DNA of 39,043 bases, from sequence record DRR723986_10824; one strand, written 5' to 3'. Made by a program: the position numbers and the translations under genes. Positions 37,037-39,043 of the stretch are shown piece after piece. The notes beneath the pieces were generated by a model. The model was not told the DNA's origin. It ran no database searches and was given only the letters and a program-made list of their open reading frames with translations. The first letter of the stretch is position 1, and every line of letters starts with the position of its first letter.

Positions 37037-37246
37037 ATGGCCGATAAGGTTAAGAAGAAACGGGTCGGGCCCTTTACGTTCGTGCGCCAGGTGCGCGCGG
37101 AAGGGAACAAGGTGACTTGGACTTCGCGTCAGGAGACGGTTCAGGCAACGATTTTCGTTGTCGTGATGTCAGTCCTCATTGCGCTCTTCCTGTTTGCCGC
37201 TGATTTCTTGATCAACCTGTTTGTTAAAGCGATTACTGGCCTCTAA
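37037..37246 (+). CDS. secE: Preprotein translocase subunit SecE
   Basis: F.RQVR.E..KVTW.SR.ET plus one TM helix. Directly upstream of nusG. Confidence 0.95.
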   Translation: MADKVKKKRVGPFTFVRQVRAEGNKVTWTSRQETVQATIFVVVMSVLIALFLFAADFLINLFVKAITGL

Positions 37247-37286
37247 GGGCTGGTGACCGACGTATTTCAAGGAGCGCGCTGGCCCC

Positions 37287-37829
37287 ATGGCTGAAGCGAA
37301 ATGGTACATCGTCCATGCCTATTCCAACTTCGAAAAGAAGGTGGCGGCAACGATTCTGGAACAAGCCCAGCGTAAGGGGCTGTCTGATCTGATCGAGGAC
37401 ATTCAGGTTCCGACTGAAGAAGTGGTAGAGGTCGCACGCGGCAAGAAAAAGACCGTCGAGCGCCGGCACTTCCCCGGTTATGTGCTCCTCAAGACTGTCA
37501 TGACCGACGATGTGTACCACCTCGTGAAGGATACGCCGAAAGTGTCGGGCTTCCTCGGGGCCGAAGGTGGAAAGAAGCCGCTTCCTGTCCGCCAGCGTGA
37601 AGTGGATCGCATCCTTGGCACTGCGACGGATTCGGATGCCGAACGTCCGCGTCCCAAAATCTCGTTCGAGGTTGGCGAGCAGGTTCAGGTCAATGACGGT
37701 CCTTTCCAGGGGTTCGAAGGTGCTGTCGAAGAGATCGACGAAGCCAATGGCCGCCTCAAGGTGACCGTTTCGATTTTTGGACGTGGGACACCTGTGGATC
37801 TGGAATTCGAACAGGTCACCAAAGTCTGA
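37287..37829 (+). CDS. nusG: Transcription termination/antitermination factor NusG
   Basis: WYIVHAYSNFEKKV, FPGYVL, TPKVSGFLG and KOW motif GEQV.V.DGPF..F.G.VEE...VSIFGR.TPVDLEF.QV.K. Confidence 0.98.
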   Translation: MAEAKWYIVHAYSNFEKKVAATILEQAQRKGLSDLIEDIQVPTEEVVEVARGKKKTVERRHFPGYVLLKTVMTDDVYHLVKDTPKVSGFLGAEGGKKPLPVRQREVDRILGTATDSDAERPRPKISFEVGEQVQVNDGPFQGFEGAVEEIDEANGRLKVTVSIFGRGTPVDLEFEQVTKV

Positions 37830-37912
37830 CGGAATAATAGGGGATTTGGGCTCGACCCTCTGTCGGTCACGCTTGAATCCTCACTTTATGGGTTGTATCT
37901 GCCAACCCCAGT

Positions 37913-37989
37913 GCCGCCTTAGCTCAGTCGGTTAGAGCGCTAGATTGTGGATCTAGAGGTCCCCCGTTCGAACCGGGGAGGCGGTACCA
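37913..37989 (+). tRNA. tRNA-His (GTG)
   Basis: Acceptor GCCGCCT/AGGCGGT, D arm GCTC/GAGC, anticodon arm CTAGA-TTGTGGA-TCTAG, T arm CCCCG-TTCGAAC-CGGGG, encoded CCA. Confidence 0.97.
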
Positions 37990-38259
37990 TCTTTCCCAGA
38001 AATATCACGTGCCAAGCTCATGGGCTCCGGGCGCCATGGAACGAATTTCTGTCCCGCGCGTAATTTGACGCAGTTGATGCAATCTGTTGCAAAAGGGACG
38101 CGGTGAGTAGAAAAACCCTGCCGTTCCGGGGCCTTCACTCCTAAAAGGGGCTCGCAGCGAGAGTAAATTGAGTTTAATCAGGAATCATCGGGCAGACTGC
38201 CCGTATGAACCTGCGGCCGAGGACAATCCCGTCATTCGGCACATAAAAGGGGATTGAGT

Positions 38260-39043
38260 ATGAAGAAAACTCTTATGTGCGCGACAGCCGCGGCCGCGTT
38301 CGCGACTGCTGGTCTCGCTGCCCACGCGGAAGACGGCTGGTACGCCCGTGGCGATGTCCAGTATGGCTTCGCGGGCGAGCTGGATCATGATCCAGCTACT
38401 GAATTCGTTGCCGGCACGCTTGAAGGCAGTTCTGATTCCGACGAGATGCTCGGCGGCCAGCTTGGCCTCGGCTTTAACTTTGACAACGGTTTCCGCCTTG
38501 AGGGCGTGTTGGGCTACCGTGGTGGTGAGCTAAACGTTCCGTCGAGCTTTTCTCCGGGCCTGACGGGCGTTGCTTCCGATCCGCACGGAAATCTGCAAAT
38601 CGCCGATTTCATGCTGAACGGCATCTATGATTTCAATCGCGCCGGCAAAGTCCAGCCATATGTCGGTCTGGGTATCGGTGGCGCGCGTCTGAATGCCAAA
38701 GCCAGCAACCTCAATGTCGGCACGCCCGGGAACTGGGCTGCCGTCAACGGTTTTAACGACACCGACACGACGCTTGCTTATCAGGGTCTGCTCGGCCTCG
38801 GTTACAAAGTATCTGACCGTTTGACCCTGGATCTGGGCTACAAGTACTTTGTTGCTGACGATCTTGAGCTGACCGGCAATTCTGCTGGCGGCACCAACTA
38901 CGAAGGCACCTATTCGGATCACGTGGCGACTGTGGGTCTTCGCTGGGCGTTCGGCGCAGCTCCGCCCCCGCCGCCCCCGCCACCTCCGCCGCCGCCTCCG
39001 CCGCCACCCCCACCTCCGCCGCCTCCGCCTCCGCCGCCTCCGC
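38260..39043 (+). CDS. OmpA-like outer-membrane beta-barrel protein with a polyproline linker, 3'-truncated (not in the ORF track)
   Basis: Manual translation: signal peptide MKKTLMCATAAAAFATAGLAAHA, then EDGWY, GFRLEG, N.IYDF, QPYVGLGIG, AYQGLLGLGY, LDLGYKYF, VGLRWAFG and at least 27 Pro. No stop before the window end. Confidence 0.9.
   Translation, partial: MKKTLMCATAAAAFATAGLAAHAEDGWYARGDVQYGFAGELDHDPATEFVAGTLEGSSDSDEMLGGQLGLGFNFDNGFRLEGVLGYRGGELNVPSSFSPGLTGVASDPHGNLQIADFMLNGIYDFNRAGKVQPYVGLGIGGARLNAKASNLNVGTPGNWAAVNGFNDTDTTLAYQGLLGLGYKVSDRLTLDLGYKYFVADDLELTGNSAGGTNYEGTYSDHVATVGLRWAFGAAPPPPPPPPPPPPPPPPPPPPPPPPPPP
38962..39043 (+). repeat. (CCN)n low-complexity tract encoding polyproline
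   Basis: 27 consecutive in-frame CCG/CCC/CCA/CCT codons running to the window end. Confidence 0.95.

Noticed and set aside
37990..38259. Integrative element at the tRNA-His 3' end
   Set aside because: No integrase, no duplicated tRNA 3' end and no obvious compositional shift. The next gene is a typical host outer-membrane protein.
1..39043. CRISPR array, IS element, prophage or rRNA
   Set aside because: No regularly spaced direct repeats, transposase, integrase, phage genes or rRNA-like sequence were seen. Nearly all of the window is accounted for by recognisable genes.

Overview
Compact, GC-rich core-genome segment of an alphaproteobacterium. Gene content, the lipA-ratA-cinA-ispDF-dusB-ntrBC-ntrYX-trkAH-hfq-hflX-mazG block and a G-1-less tRNA-His suggest Caulobacterales/Hyphomonadales; the taxon is an inference. 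It holds 41 protein genes and one tRNA. In order: riboflavin genes (ribB-like, ribH) and nusB; epoxide hydrolase; erpA; dgt; SPOR protein, nagZ, scpAB; DUF1287, nitroreductase, CYP153-type P450; DUF2244, nth, DUF481; ATP-grasp ligase; PfkB kinase; HCCA isomerase/HxlR pair; Aas-like acyl ligase; lipA; the nitrogen-regulation cluster; dgoK-like kinase and SMP-30 lactonase; secE-nusG; tRNA-His; and a 3'-truncated OmpA-like gene missing from the ORF track. I see no mobile element, CRISPR array, prophage or clearly new multi-gene system. The best leads are small-scale: (1) an NtrC that has lost both sigma54-contacting loops; (2) a putative RBS-sequestering pseudoknot upstream of the OmpA-like gene, which carries at least 27 consecutive prolines; (3) a tRNA-like relic directly upstream of a secE-nusG pair that lacks its usual neighbours; (4) a terminator hairpin that also buries the nitroreductase Shine-Dalgarno; (5) all seven convergent gene junctions overlap or leave at most 6 bp.
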